A DNA stretch of 64,000 nt from an uncultured Candidatus Saccharibacteria bacterium (GCA_964434285.1 CAYSUJ010000001.1:240564-304563); one strand, 5' to 3'. Positions 1-9,913 are shown, counted from the stretch's first letter. The notes: generated by a model not told the origin, from the sequence alone. A program made the numbers and translations.

Positions 1-558
1 GGCGGAGCCTTGATTGCCGGTCTACCCTTGCCCATTTCCGCACTGCAAATCATTTGGGTGAATTTCTTCACTGACAGCTTGCCCGCGCTCTCATTCGCGT
101 TTGAGAAAGAATACGCGAAGCGTGCGCATGGGCGCGGTGCAGAGATACTCACGACGGAAGTGAAGGCGCTCACTTTGGGTATCGGCATCTTGACCTCAAT
201 TCTTCTATTTGGGATGTACTGGGCACTCTTGCATTTCGGCGTTGCACTAGAAGCTGCGCGCAGCACGATCTTCGTGTGCTTCGCTCTCTACGGACTCGTC
301 GTTGCCTACTCGTTCCGTTCGCTACACACCTCTATTTTTTCCATGCCTCTCTTTGAGAACACTGCATTAAATTTCAGTTCTGGTTTTGGCATCGCCCTTA
401 TTGCCTGCACGATGTTTATCCCATTCGTACGAGATATTTTCTCGCTCGCGCCGCTTTCACTCTCACTCTTTGGTCTCATCGTCATTTGGCTTGCACTCAA
501 TATTCTGCTCGTCGAAATGACTAAGTTAGGTTTTCGCGCATACACACGAAGAGCTTAA
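1..558 (+). CDS. Cation-transporting P-type ATPase, C-terminal part (5' truncated by window)
   Basis: LPLPISALQIIWVNFFTDSLPALSFAFE matches the TM5-6 signature of P2-type (Ca2+) ATPases, followed by further TM helices. Confidence 0.85.
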   Translation, partial: GGALIAGLPLPISALQIIWVNFFTDSLPALSFAFEKEYAKRAHGRGAEILTTEVKALTLGIGILTSILLFGMYWALLHFGVALEAARSTIFVCFALYGLVVAYSFRSLHTSIFSMPLFENTALNFSSGFGIALIACTMFIPFVRDIFSLAPLSLSLFGLIVIWLALNILLVEMTKLGFRAYTRRA

Positions 559-1337
559 CGTATTTCGTGCGTCTGGAGCATTCGTTCTGCAAGAATAGCT
601 CCCCCGATGAGCCCCCCGTTATCGCCCAGTTGAGCCATATTTACAGGCACACCAGTGAACCTCACTGCAATATGGTCGAGCGGTATTGGGTTTCTCCCGA
701 CTATCATCGAGCCGCCGATCACGAATACATCCGGCTTCCAAATAGTCGCGATCTCTGCGAGCCCGTCGGCAAGTATGTCAGCGAGCGCATGTCGCTCTTC
801 GAGTGAGTCAAGATCCCTGGGCTCGATGCCAAACTTTCTTCTGACTGCGGTGCCCGATATCTGTGATTCGAGCCGCGACTTTAGTTCGGGAAAATCTACT
901 TGAAGAAGCGGACTGCTTGCGAGGTTGGACATGTTGATGAAAGCGCCTCCTACACCTGTTGAAACGGTGATGTATGCGATAAGATCAAATGCTTTTCCGC
1001 CACCCTGCTCTGCCTCGCCAAGCCCAACGACGATGGCATCATTGAGGACGCTTACCGGAACGCCAACAATTTTTGTGATCTCTTGTTCTATATGTAGTCC
1101 GCTCCATGCTGGTAGGTTGGTCGCCTGATCCACGACGCCACGCGTCACTCGTCCGGCGAAATCGCCCGCAGCGGCCGCGACACCTTCCGGTGCAAGTTCC
1201 TGTGCAATCCGCCCAAGCACCGCAATCCCCTCATTCGGATCCTGCAACGTTTGCACTTTGCGAATCTCACCGAGCTCCCGCCCCTCGGCGGCGGCCACAC
1301 GCATGTTCGTCCCGCCGATGTCGAATACGATGTTCAT
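555..1337 (-). CDS. ROK family sugar kinase (glucokinase-like)
   Basis: N-terminal FDIGGTNMR, LNDA, ITVSTGVGGA, C-terminal GLIGGA motifs. Confidence 0.88.
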   Translation of the reverse strand: MNIVFDIGGTNMRVAAAEGRELGEIRKVQTLQDPNEGIAVLGRIAQELAPEGVAAAAGDFAGRVTRGVVDQATNLPAWSGLHIEQEITKIVGVPVSVLNDAIVVGLGEAEQGGGKAFDLIAYITVSTGVGGAFINMSNLASSPLLQVDFPELKSRLESQISGTAVRRKFGIEPRDLDSLEERHALADILADGLAEIATIWKPDVFVIGGSMIVGRNPIPLDHIAVRFTGVPVNMAQLGDNGGLIGGAILAERMLQTHEIR

Positions 1338-1374
1338 GCACCATAGTATCTCACACTTTCACCCCTTTTTGTGT

Positions 1375-1412
1375 ATACGATAACTATGACCGACCGGTTA
1401 TAGTTATCGTAT
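1375..1412. repeat. 38-bp palindrome, copy 1 (13-bp perfect arms ATACGATAACTAT/ATAGTTATCGTAT, 12-bp spacer)
   Basis: Read directly; near-identical copies at 2052-2089 and 11270-11307. Confidence 0.92.
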
Positions 1413-1414
1413 TA

Positions 1415-2053
1415 CTACTTCCTGGGCAAAATGACGTCGAGGATTGGATCAAGTGCTGTGGGTGTGCGCAGCGGCGATGTTTCCGCGCTCGCCAACTTAA
1501 ATGTGGAACGAAGATCTCCGTCGCCCTCGATTGAATCGACAATAAGATATTTCATGTCGCGGCCGACACGAAGTTCTGTTTTTAAGAGAGCGATGAACTC
1601 CTCGCACGGGTAGGGATATACCCACACACTATGCTGCATATGAACGAAACCGATTTCGCGCAGATGTTCTCGAATCCGAAAGCGAATGTGTCGGCGTTGT
1701 TCTGGGATATCAAAAATAAGCACTCTCCATTTCCCGTCCCACCGCTTCGGCGGAGGAACCTTTGCAAATACCAATGCGAGTGACCTCAAATATTTCTCAC
1801 CTTTGCTCGTCAGATACAGGTGACCATTCTGTTCCTCAAGATACCCCTGCCTTTTGAGGCGCCTCCGAGCAGCAGCGATGTATTCAGTTTGGCGTGGCTT
1901 GGGAAAGAGGCCAAGCCTTTTCATGCCACCGAGCACATTCGGCGCGACAAGTGCTATAGAAAGCGCACCTGCAACCGCAACGCTACCCAGAAGAATCGCT
2001 CTCAATGATTCATTTCTGCGCCGTTTCTTGCTTTTATCTTCAAGATCACCCAT
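1415..2053 (-). CDS. PaaX-family regulator-like protein (wHTH plus Cas2-like ferredoxin-fold domain)
   Basis: LYLTSKGEKYL wHTH wing followed by WDGKWRVLIFDIPE...LREIGF..MQHSVWVYPY, typical of PaaX central and Cas2-like domains. Confidence 0.8.
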   Translation of the reverse strand: MGDLEDKSKKRRRNESLRAILLGSVAVAGALSIALVAPNVLGGMKRLGLFPKPRQTEYIAAARRRLKRQGYLEEQNGHLYLTSKGEKYLRSLALVFAKVPPPKRWDGKWRVLIFDIPEQRRHIRFRIREHLREIGFVHMQHSVWVYPYPCEEFIALLKTELRVGRDMKYLIVDSIEGDGDLRSTFKLASAETSPLRTPTALDPILDVILPRK

Positions 2054-2089
2054 ACGATAAGTATACCCGGCCGGAGAGAGTTATCGTAT
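2052..2089. repeat. 38-bp palindrome, copy 2, overlapping the -10 box and start codon of the PaaX-like gene
   Basis: ATACGATAAGTAT-ACCCGGCCGGAG-AGAGTTATCGTAT; minus strand reads TATACT-6nt-ATG. Confidence 0.9.
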
Positions 2090-2093
2090 GTGG

Positions 2094-3089
2094 TCAGGAA
2101 CGGTTGTTTGCAAACAGTATTTTCATCCGCTCCCAAAATTCTGGATGCCCCTTTTCGCGCACGTAATACCACCACTCAATACCCCAGAGATACTGGATGC
2201 CGAGGCGCGAAGCGCGCGCGTACGCGAGAATCTCTTCAACTTTTTCGATATTCATGCGGCGGAGTTGTTCCTCGATCGATACGGTTTCTATCGCAGCGCC
2301 AAACCATGGTTCGAGCGAAAGTTCAGAAAGAATAACGTCGCGCTCGCCAAACATGAGACGCATCAGGTTCGCCTTAATCCGATAGTACGATGCGGGGAGC
2401 GCCGTGCGAAAGGCGCCCGCCGTTTCATTCCAGAAGTAGAGATACATGCTCGTACCAAACACATCCGCCCGTTTGTATGTCTCGAACCACGTGCCGGTGT
2501 TGCCGCCGTCGGTGAGCATAACGGGACGATCATCAAGTGTGCGCACGAGCGCAATTTCTTCATCAAGAAACGATGCGTCAACCTTACCACAATGCTCATC
2601 GGCGAAGACGCGGAGAAAGGGCTCGTTCTCCACTTGCCACATACTGATGGTTTCTTCTTCTTTATAGCGCTCTACGACGGCGGTCAGATACTGCATAATC
2701 TCGATTTTCTGCTCATCCCACGGCATGGATCCAACCCATGCGGGAATATGGCATTCTGGCCAGCGTGGCAAACGGCGACCGATGGAGAGAACGACGTCGG
2801 CATCGTGCTTTTTTGCCTCGGCAATTTGAAAATCGAGCTCGGACCAATCATAGATGTCGCGCTCGCGTTCGATGTGTTCCCAGTATGCAGCGAGCCGCAG
2901 GTGCTTCACGTCGAGCTCCTCGAGTACCGCGCGATACACGTCCCGCCAATCAAGACCTAATTCTTCTGCATACAAGGGGCTGAACGTCGCGCCGTATTGA
3001 ATCCGCGTTGGCGCTTCACGAAATGAGAGTCCAATGAGCACAAAGCCGACGAGAAACATGCCGACGATCACCGCGCGCCACCGACTCAT
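2094..3089 (-). CDS. Membrane-anchored clan GH-A glycoside hydrolase (GH5/GH42-like)
   Basis: N-terminal TM; LRLAAYWEHIE...YDWSELD; WQVENEP acid/base motif; ILSEL nucleophile-like motif; ATGA overlap with upstream gene. Confidence 0.72.
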   Translation of the reverse strand: MSRWRAVIVGMFLVGFVLIGLSFREAPTRIQYGATFSPLYAEELGLDWRDVYRAVLEELDVKHLRLAAYWEHIERERDIYDWSELDFQIAEAKKHDADVVLSIGRRLPRWPECHIPAWVGSMPWDEQKIEIMQYLTAVVERYKEEETISMWQVENEPFLRVFADEHCGKVDASFLDEEIALVRTLDDRPVMLTDGGNTGTWFETYKRADVFGTSMYLYFWNETAGAFRTALPASYYRIKANLMRLMFGERDVILSELSLEPWFGAAIETVSIEEQLRRMNIEKVEEILAYARASRLGIQYLWGIEWWYYVREKGHPEFWERMKILFANNRS

Positions 3090-3982
3090 AGATTGAGATA
3101 GTGCCCAACCGAGAGCAGCGCGAGACCGCACACGATGAGGCCGACGCCCGTCGCGGATATTGTGCCGCCATGCCCATGCGTGCGCGAACCCTCCCGCTTT
3201 GGCATGCGCTTTGCAAACAAAATCGCGAATACAAACAGAAAGACGAACTGCAAACCGGCGAGCGCGTTTACGATCGTCACGGAGCCGAGCGAGATCGCAA
3301 AGGCCGTGAGTATGCTTGCGACACCGCCGATTACTTTGTTACCCATAACGAGCCCCTTTGAGCGAGACGATGAGTGTCTGCCACCGTGCGTGATCGCTGC
3401 GCGCCACGGTGGCACGATGAGAAGCCCGAGCGCTAAGACCACGTTTGCTGCACGCGTCCAAAAAAATCCATCAATGAACGGGACTTCAAAGAATACGAGC
3501 TTAAATGTGAACGCAACCAGCCCGAAAAAGAAGCCCGAAAGGAGCGTAAAGGAAAGCGCGTTCCGAGAGAAATGGAAGTGAGAGATGAGTGCTGTTCCTC
3601 CCGCAAGCAGAAGAACAGGCAGCACGAACGCGGTTGTGATGTCGTCGTCGATCCAGAGCCCGGCAAAAACGAGTGTCGTAATCGCTGAAACGGCTCCCAC
3701 GACCGGCGCTACGTCTGAGGCCCGACCATGGGTAAGCGCCGAATAGAGGCAGAAAATGGCGGCGACAAACGCGGCTGCGTTAATAAAGGAAAGCGCGAGC
3801 GCATGCACACTGGGGATGGAAACGAACGGAACAAATACAACTACAAAACCCGAAAGCAAAGAAACATAAAACGTGTAGACAATTGGGCGCCCGATGTGCG
3901 TTGCACGCAGAACAATGTGGCGATCAATCAAGACGGAGACCGCGTAGAGAAACTGTGCCACTATCGCGAGCGCGAGATACAT
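3086..3982 (-). CDS. EamA/DMT family membrane transporter
   Basis: About 10 hydrophobic helices in two repeats; ALTHGRASDVAPV and AISLGSVTIVNAL motifs. Confidence 0.75.
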   Translation of the reverse strand: MYLALAIVAQFLYAVSVLIDRHIVLRATHIGRPIVYTFYVSLLSGFVVVFVPFVSIPSVHALALSFINAAAFVAAIFCLYSALTHGRASDVAPVVGAVSAITTLVFAGLWIDDDITTAFVLPVLLLAGGTALISHFHFSRNALSFTLLSGFFFGLVAFTFKLVFFEVPFIDGFFWTRAANVVLALGLLIVPPWRAAITHGGRHSSSRSKGLVMGNKVIGGVASILTAFAISLGSVTIVNALAGLQFVFLFVFAILFAKRMPKREGSRTHGHGGTISATGVGLIVCGLALLSVGHYLNL

Positions 3983-3986
3983 TCCT

Positions 3987-5141
3987 CTATTCTAGCAACC
4001 CATTGTGCTCGATGATCTGCTTATACACGTAGGCACTGGGACGTATCTTTCGCTCGAGGGTTTGGTAGTCTATTTCAACGAGCCCGAAGCGCTTTTCAAA
4101 GCCCTGCGCCCATTCGTAATTATCGAGGAGCGACCAATACATGTAGCCGCGCACATCTGCACCTCGCTGGAGCGCTGCATGCATCGCACGCGCGAGGCGG
4201 GTGATGTAATCAGCACGAATCGCATCTTTCGCATCTGCCACCCCCGCCTCGCTCACCCACAGAGGCTTTCCGTAGCGCTTAAGCATCATGAGGGCGCCAT
4301 AGAGCCCCTCAGGATACACATCCCAATTCATGTCGGTTTTCTCGTAAATCTTTGTGTCGCCGAATTTTTTATGCTGATAGTAGTTCACTCCGATGGAGTC
4401 GCATTTATTGTAGACCTGCGAAATAACGTGGTGCGTGGAGATCCAGTTCATGAATCGCGCGCGGAGCTTGTTGATCGGGTTCCCGTTCGCATGAAAATAC
4501 ACGGTGTGATGCACGATACCGACCTCGGCACCGAAGGCAGCCGCCTTAATTGCGTCGTACGCCAGATTGTGTGCGCGCGTGAGATTATTCATAACGCGCC
4601 AGTAGCCGCGATAGTTTTTCTTTCGGAATGGCGGCCAATCACCACGTATCCATCCGAGCGATGCAAACACCGTCGGTTCGTTCATCGTGGCAAAATGGCG
4701 GCAATCGTTCCCAAGCTTCTTCGCGACGTACGCACAGTAGCGAGCGAATATTTCTGGTGACTCTGGATTCTCAAAACCACCCTTCTCCACAAACCACTGT
4801 GGGAGCGTGAAGTGCCACATCGTAACAAACGGCTTTAAACGCCGTTCGCGGAGCGCAGCCAAGACCGCAAGATAATGCCCTATCTCCCGCTCATCAAACT
4901 TCCCTTCTTCCGGCTCGATGCGCGCCCACTCTATAGAGATACGGTGACAGTTGTGCCCAAGCTCTTTCGCGATATCAAAGTCGCTTTCGAAGCGATTGTA
5001 GTGATCGCATGCTTTGTTGCACGGCGGCACGCGCCCTGCGCGTGCCGCCTCCGCCCAATCGCAGTTCTCAATACCCCCCTCGACTTGGTAGCTCGCCGTT
5101 GCGGCGCCCCAGTAGAAACCCTCGGGGAATTTTCGTTCCAT
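3987..5141 (-). CDS. Glycoside hydrolase family 1 (beta-glucosidase)
   Basis: FPEGFYWGAATASYQVEG, TMNEP, VSEAG, WSLLDNYEW, RFGL motifs. Confidence 0.95.
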   Translation of the reverse strand: MERKFPEGFYWGAATASYQVEGGIENCDWAEAARAGRVPPCNKACDHYNRFESDFDIAKELGHNCHRISIEWARIEPEEGKFDEREIGHYLAVLAALRERRLKPFVTMWHFTLPQWFVEKGGFENPESPEIFARYCAYVAKKLGNDCRHFATMNEPTVFASLGWIRGDWPPFRKKNYRGYWRVMNNLTRAHNLAYDAIKAAAFGAEVGIVHHTVYFHANGNPINKLRARFMNWISTHHVISQVYNKCDSIGVNYYQHKKFGDTKIYEKTDMNWDVYPEGLYGALMMLKRYGKPLWVSEAGVADAKDAIRADYITRLARAMHAALQRGADVRGYMYWSLLDNYEWAQGFEKRFGLVEIDYQTLERKIRPSAYVYKQIIEHNGLLE

Positions 5142-5142
5142 G

Positions 5143-5400
5143 CTACCGAAGCCCGACATGCTTTTCTAGAGCACGAATGCGTTCAAGTGCGTGATCGATC
5201 TCCTTACTATGACCCGAGTGGTCTGAAGTCTGTCTTTCGATATCTTTGATTCGCATTTTTACATCACGTACTTCCTGTCGTATCTGATCGATGTCGTGCT
5301 TTAATCTCTCAATATCGCTTTTATGAGCAACGTGATCGCGCACAAATGTAAAAAGCTCCCCTATTTCACTCGTCTTTTTTGCGGGTCGCTTCTTTTTCAT
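5143..5400 (-). CDS. Small coiled-coil hypothetical protein
   Basis: 85-aa ORF with heptad pattern, tightly packed between neighbours, -10 box TACAAT 6 nt upstream. Confidence 0.65.
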   Translation of the reverse strand: MKKKRPAKKTSEIGELFTFVRDHVAHKSDIERLKHDIDQIRQEVRDVKMRIKDIERQTSDHSGHSKEIDHALERIRALEKHVGLR

Positions 5401-5416
5401 AACATAATTGTACCAC

Positions 5417-5995
5417 TCATTTTTCTACGATCGGCAGCTCGCCGAAATCGGTTTTCTGTACCTCCGTGTAAAGCGAGTTTTTGAGAAGTGCTGGCTTGCC
5501 GTCGCGCTCGACGACGTAGTAGGCGAAGCCGCGCATTTTCTGCACCATCGTGTAATCGGCGTGTCCGGGCATCGCGATTGGGTTCTTCTCATCGAAGTTT
5601 ACGGGCGAGTCGTCTGCGGTCACGAAATAGGTTTTCCCAATGTTCACCGCAAGGTGCCCATGTCCGGGCGGCATATAAACTGAATCTCCTGGTTTTACGA
5701 CTATCGCACGGAAAAGCTCGACACGTGCAGGATCACTTTCGTCGAAAAGTTTCTGCTGAAGAATGACGCCCTTGCCAAGAAGCACCCAATACGTCTCGTC
5801 GAGCTGCCCGATGTGGTAGTGACCATAGGTCTTAATGTACTCGCCGCCCACGGTGCCCGGCTCCCAGACCGTCACGTTGCGCTGATCGCTCCCGCCGCGA
5901 ATCATGTAGTAGTGGATATTCGGCCCAGGCGCATCCGGTACCATCAAAACTTCGCGCATTTTTTCATGGGTACGTGCAGCGTAGTGTTCGATCAT
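5417..5995 (-). CDS. Cupin-type (archaeal-like) glucose-6-phosphate isomerase
   Basis: PGTVGGEYIKTYGHYH, E-x-Y, PPGHGH, VNIG motifs of cupin PGI. Confidence 0.85.
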   Translation of the reverse strand: MIEHYAARTHEKMREVLMVPDAPGPNIHYYMIRGGSDQRNVTVWEPGTVGGEYIKTYGHYHIGQLDETYWVLLGKGVILQQKLFDESDPARVELFRAIVVKPGDSVYMPPGHGHLAVNIGKTYFVTADDSPVNFDEKNPIAMPGHADYTMVQKMRGFAYYVVERDGKPALLKNSLYTEVQKTDFGELPIVEK

Positions 5996-6297
5996 TCACT
6001 CATAGTATCGCGATACGCGCATAGGGCGCAATCCACAGAAACGTCATTCTTATTCACATGGTTATACACAGCTTTCGCACTTGATTTCCCCGAAAAAGCG
6101 AAAAAATGCCGATTGACTTTTCTTTCTTTTCGCTCAGACTAGAAATTGAAGTTTGTTCTTTCGGGATGGTTCTCAAGAGCACTTTCGGGATCCGACTGGG
6201 AGCCCACTTAACGCTAAATCAGAACTTCAATTCCCGAACGAATGAGCTCGGTGAGAGGCCCGCGGAAGCGGGTTTCTCCATCGGGGGATCGAGCAAT

Positions 6298-6507
6298 ATG
6301 GAAACGTTCACCATCATGTGCTCATGCGGAGAAGTCGCATCAGTCGAGGCGACAACACGCCGCGAAGCGGTGCGGATTCTTTCTGAGCGATGGAGCGAGG
6401 GCATGCTCCACCGGCACCTTCGTGAAAAACACCCGAAAGAGCGGCTCCCATCCCGCACCGAGATAACCACTCTCATTGCAAGTAAATTGCTTCCCGTGAC
6501 TTCCTAA
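6298..6507 (+). CDS. Small putative metal-binding protein (CxC...HxxxxH, DUF1059-like)
   Basis: METFTIMCSCG...HRHLREKHP; GGGGGA SD-like motif upstream. Confidence 0.6.
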   Translation: METFTIMCSCGEVASVEATTRREAVRILSERWSEGMLHRHLREKHPKERLPSRTEITTLIASKLLPVTS

Positions 6508-6531
6508 CGGGAGATTTGCTACAATCCCCGA

Positions 6532-7410
6532 GTGAAAATGACTCACAACCTTGAGCGCCTTCCTATCCTGCTTCTGGGCATCCTAACCCTTGCACTCGGC
6601 ATCGGGGGTTATTTTCTGTGGGATTCGCATCGTTCGCTCAGTGGAATCCGCGCTGAAGCCGAAACGGCGCGCGCCTCGTACGCCGAACTCGAAACGCGTC
6701 TACGCGATGCGGAAGCGCACAACGCCGAACTGCGCTCGCTTCTCGAACGCGCTGCCGCAGAAAATTCTGCATTTGCCGAGCGCGTGAACGAGCTTGCAGG
6801 GAGCGTCACGTTGCTCGACAAGATATTCAAGACGGACGAAGAGCTTTTGCAGAAATATTCTTCCGTGTATTTTTTGAATGAAAACTATGTGCCGGAAAAT
6901 TTGGCGCCTATTAACGACGAACTTCTCGCACGTCCGGGAAATTTTATGTTCCATGGCGGCGCCTTTCCCTACCTCGAAAAGATGATGCAGGCGGCAGAAA
7001 AAGATGGCAAACCGCTCCGTGTCCTTTCCTCGTATCGCTCTTTTGGCGAACAGAGCTCACTCAAATCGAGCTACACACGCAAATATGGCACAGGCGCAAA
7101 TGCATTTTCGGCTGATCAAGGATATTCCGAGCACCAACTCGGGACAACGGTCGATTTCACGACCGCGGAAAATCCCGAAAGCCTCGCACTCTTCGGCGCC
7201 TCAGTGCAATACAGCTGGCTCGTGCGGAACGCGCATGAATATGGCTTCGTGCTCTCGTATCCAAAAGACAACACCTATTTCCAATTCGAGCCGTGGCACT
7301 GGCGCTTTGTTGGCGTCGCCCTCGCCACCCGCCTCTACCATGACAACAAGTTCTTCTACGACCTCGACCAGCGGGAGATCAATCTCTACCTGTCGCGAAT
7401 TTTTGATTAA
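6532..7410 (+). CDS. M15B D-alanyl-D-alanine carboxypeptidase (VanY/LdcB-like) with TM anchor and coiled coil
   Basis: SSYRS, SEHQLGTTVD, FEPWHWRFVG motifs. Confidence 0.9.
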   Translation: MKMTHNLERLPILLLGILTLALGIGGYFLWDSHRSLSGIRAEAETARASYAELETRLRDAEAHNAELRSLLERAAAENSAFAERVNELAGSVTLLDKIFKTDEELLQKYSSVYFLNENYVPENLAPINDELLARPGNFMFHGGAFPYLEKMMQAAEKDGKPLRVLSSYRSFGEQSSLKSSYTRKYGTGANAFSADQGYSEHQLGTTVDFTTAENPESLALFGASVQYSWLVRNAHEYGFVLSYPKDNTYFQFEPWHWRFVGVALATRLYHDNKFFYDLDQREINLYLSRIFD

Positions 7411-7469
7411 TACAAAACAAACGGGTCGCCTGGTGAGCGACCCGTCCCCGTGAATGGGTGGTTGGGAGA

Positions 7470-7673
7470 TTAGTGGTAGTTGCCGGGGCGGCGCCAACGC
7501 CGACACCAGCTTCCCTGTCGCGAACGCGCCGGGTCGGTGATGAACGCAGGAAGAGCCTCCTCCGGCCGGTAGATCTGCCGGACGCCATTCGGGTGCCTCA
7601 TCGGCGCCTGAATGACGATCATCCTCGAATCAACGATACGCCCGCCGCGACGGGTCTCGACCTGAATCTGCAT
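7470..7673 (-). CDS. Small hypothetical protein
   Basis: GGGAG SD upstream of ATG and a terminator-like hairpin downstream (about 7421-7446). Confidence 0.45.
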   Translation of the reverse strand: MQIQVETRRGGRIVDSRMIVIQAPMRHPNGVRQIYRPEEALPAFITDPARSRQGSWCRRWRRPGNYH

Positions 7674-7793
7674 CAGCAGTTCTCCCTTTTTTTCAGGTTG
7701 ACGCCGAAAATATACACTACACTTGCTGTTTTGTCAAGACCGTGGTTTGCAAGCAATTTCCTCATTTCGGGCGAAATGAGGAAATTATGGTTT

Positions 7794-8393
7794 TCAGACC
7801 GCACGATACCGGGCAGCGCGGCGATTGCCGGTGCGACGAAGCTTGCCCGCAAGAACAAGGGTGTTTAGGTATCGCGTGGCAGTTGCCGAAGAAACTCGAA
7901 GTGCGAGTGCAACCTCGCGCGCCTGAATAGTTCCCCGCTCGCGGGCGAGCGCGAGAATATGCTCAAGATTCGCGGCGCGCTTCGCGCGCCGCGCCCTGAG
8001 TCCCTCCGCACTACTTATCTGAGGCACTAGGGCGACAGGTGGAGACGAAGGTGGCGGCGCAGGTGGTGACACGGCTTGAGCACTCGTCTGCGTCTCCTTC
8101 TTCTCTTCAATCTTCTCTTCAGTCCCGGCCGGCGCAATTTCTGGCGATTCAGCGACAGGAACTTCCTGAACTGCCGTCGCAGCGGGAACAGGCGCACTTT
8201 CAATTGGTGACACTGGCGCAGTTTCCTGGGGAGTCTCAACCTCCACAGCTTTTGCATCCGGTGTCGTTTCCGCGATAACCTCTTCCGGCACACTCACCTC
8301 AACCGGCGCAACCACACTCTCTTCTTTCGCCACTTCTTCCACGCGCATGACTTCCGGCACTGACTCACTCTCTGCAACTGTGTCACCACTCAT
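7794..8393 (-). CDS. Acidic low-complexity protein with C-terminal winged HTH (DeoR-like)
   Basis: E/P/A-rich N-terminus; ILALARERGTIQAREVALALRVSSATATRYLNTLVLAGKL. Confidence 0.7.
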   Translation of the reverse strand: MSGDTVAESESVPEVMRVEEVAKEESVVAPVEVSVPEEVIAETTPDAKAVEVETPQETAPVSPIESAPVPAATAVQEVPVAESPEIAPAGTEEKIEEKKETQTSAQAVSPPAPPPSSPPVALVPQISSAEGLRARRAKRAANLEHILALARERGTIQAREVALALRVSSATATRYLNTLVLAGKLRRTGNRRAARYRAV

Positions 8394-8510
8394 ACACACA
8401 TCGTAGCATCTTCAATCGAACAATTGGCAATAATCCTTAGGAAAGTCAATTTCGCGCTAGCCGTCATATCTATCGAGGGCATGAATTACTCTAACCCCCT
8501 CCTAATACAT

Positions 8511-9248
8511 ATGACACGCATCACACTACAGCATTATCAGTTCGCACTCGTCGGCATTCTGCTCGCGCTCGCGGCGCTTCCCTTCGGCGTTCATGCCGAT
8601 AGCGATAAGAATAAAAGCTCCTCAAAAGGACTCGGTGGCACGGGAGTTGAAATAAACATCGGCTCGAATGGTGGCGTCTTGGTTCGCGGCGCGAAAGTCA
8701 CCGGCGTTTCGTCCTCGACGATTAACGCGAACACCTCCATCGGCGCATCCATATTGAGTTGGGTGGTTAAAACCGATGGCTCTACGGAATTTACGACGCA
8801 GAATGGCGTAGCGACAGGCCTTTCCGGCATCGCCGTGGGCGATACGATTTCCTTCCGCGGCGCGCTTGATCAGGCGGTTGCCGGACTCACCGTGAACGCA
8901 AAGATCGTGAAGGACTGGAGTCAGGTGGAGACCAAGCGCACGCTCGAAGGCGTTGTGAGCTCGATAAACGCGACACTCGGCTCGTTCACCGTCATCAAGA
9001 ATGATTCGACGACAACCGTGCAAACATCCTCTTCAACACAGTGGAAAGGCGACGCAGATTCCTTCTCTGATCTCATCGTGAATGCGGCAGTGAAGATCAA
9101 AGGCTTCTTCAATGCATCGACCACGGTCATGACGGCGCAGTCCGTTGACGTCGATGATGATAACGATGACAACGAAAGTTGGAGCAGTAATGATAGACAC
9201 GAGTGGCGCGACTGGATCCGCTCAAAGGTCTGGCTGAGCCTCCGCTAA
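8511..9248 (+). CDS. Secreted DUF5666-like (OB-fold repeat) protein
   Basis: Signal peptide ending VHA; two repeats of G-V-x-x-I...T-x-F...L-x-VG-x-x-V-x-x-x-G. Confidence 0.7.
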   Translation: MTRITLQHYQFALVGILLALAALPFGVHADSDKNKSSSKGLGGTGVEINIGSNGGVLVRGAKVTGVSSSTINANTSIGASILSWVVKTDGSTEFTTQNGVATGLSGIAVGDTISFRGALDQAVAGLTVNAKIVKDWSQVETKRTLEGVVSSINATLGSFTVIKNDSTTTVQTSSSTQWKGDADSFSDLIVNAAVKIKGFFNASTTVMTAQSVDVDDDNDDNESWSSNDRHEWRDWIRSKVWLSLR

Positions 9249-9261
9249 ATGCACAGGCACT

Positions 9262-9296
9262 CGGTGCGGCAAGCTCCATTGGAGCTTGCCGCACCG
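9262..9296. terminator. Perfect 16-bp hairpin after the DUF5666-like gene
   Basis: CGGTGCGGCAAGCTCC-ATT-GGAGCTTGCCGCACCG; no clear U tract. Confidence 0.5.
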
Positions 9297-9355
9297 CCTT
9301 GTCCCCCATGAGCCCCACACATACAATAGATAAAGGCACTCCTCGTAAGAGGAGC

Positions 9356-9913
9356 ATGGCCTTTGCGTCTTATATGAAAGGCTCCTCGTACGAAGCAGAA
9401 TATCTTTCGGCCTTTGAAATGCACTCAGATGCACTCTTCCGCCACGCATTCTTCCGGCTCTCAAACCGGGACCGCGCGCAAGAGCTCACACAAGAGGCGT
9501 TTCTCAAAACCTGGGACTTTCTGCGCAAGGGGGGCGACGTGCGCGATTTCAAAAGTTTTTTGTATCGCATTTTGAATAATCTCATCATCGACGAGTATCG
9601 AAAGAAGAAATCTTCTTCGCTCGACGAAATACTCGAAGACGATACCGGCGCTTTCGAGGCACGCATGTCAGAGGGTAGCCGTGTCGAGACAGAAACCGAG
9701 CTTGATGAGAAAGTGATCGGCGCGCGTATCCGGGAAAAGATTGAGGAATTGCCCACGATGTATCGTGAGGCGGTCACCATGCGCTTCATCGACGAGCTCT
9801 CGCCAAAAGAAATTGCGGAGATGCTCGGGGAGAGCGAGAACGTCATCTCCGTGCGCATCCATCGTGGAGTCAATAAGCTCAAGCAATTGTGTAGTAATGA
9901 ATCATATGAATAA
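9356..9913 (+). CDS. ECF (sigma-70 group 4) RNA polymerase sigma factor
   Basis: Region 2 AQELTQEAFLKTW...FLYRILNNLIIDEYRKK; region 4 LSPKEIAEMLG..V..RIHRG; start could also be 9374. Confidence 0.93.
   Translation: MAFASYMKGSSYEAEYLSAFEMHSDALFRHAFFRLSNRDRAQELTQEAFLKTWDFLRKGGDVRDFKSFLYRILNNLIIDEYRKKKSSSLDEILEDDTGAFEARMSEGSRVETETELDEKVIGARIREKIEELPTMYREAVTMRFIDELSPKEIAEMLGESENVISVRIHRGVNKLKQLCSNESYE

Noticed and set aside
1415-2053. CRISPR-Cas locus suggested by the Cas2-like domain
   Set aside because: No cas1, no effector genes and no repeat-spacer array; the three palindromes are not regularly spaced
2088-4760. Long plus-strand ORFs (290, 148 and 251 aa)
   Set aside because: Antisense shadows of well-supported hydrolase and transporter genes; the same applies to 10089-11144 and 13513-14142
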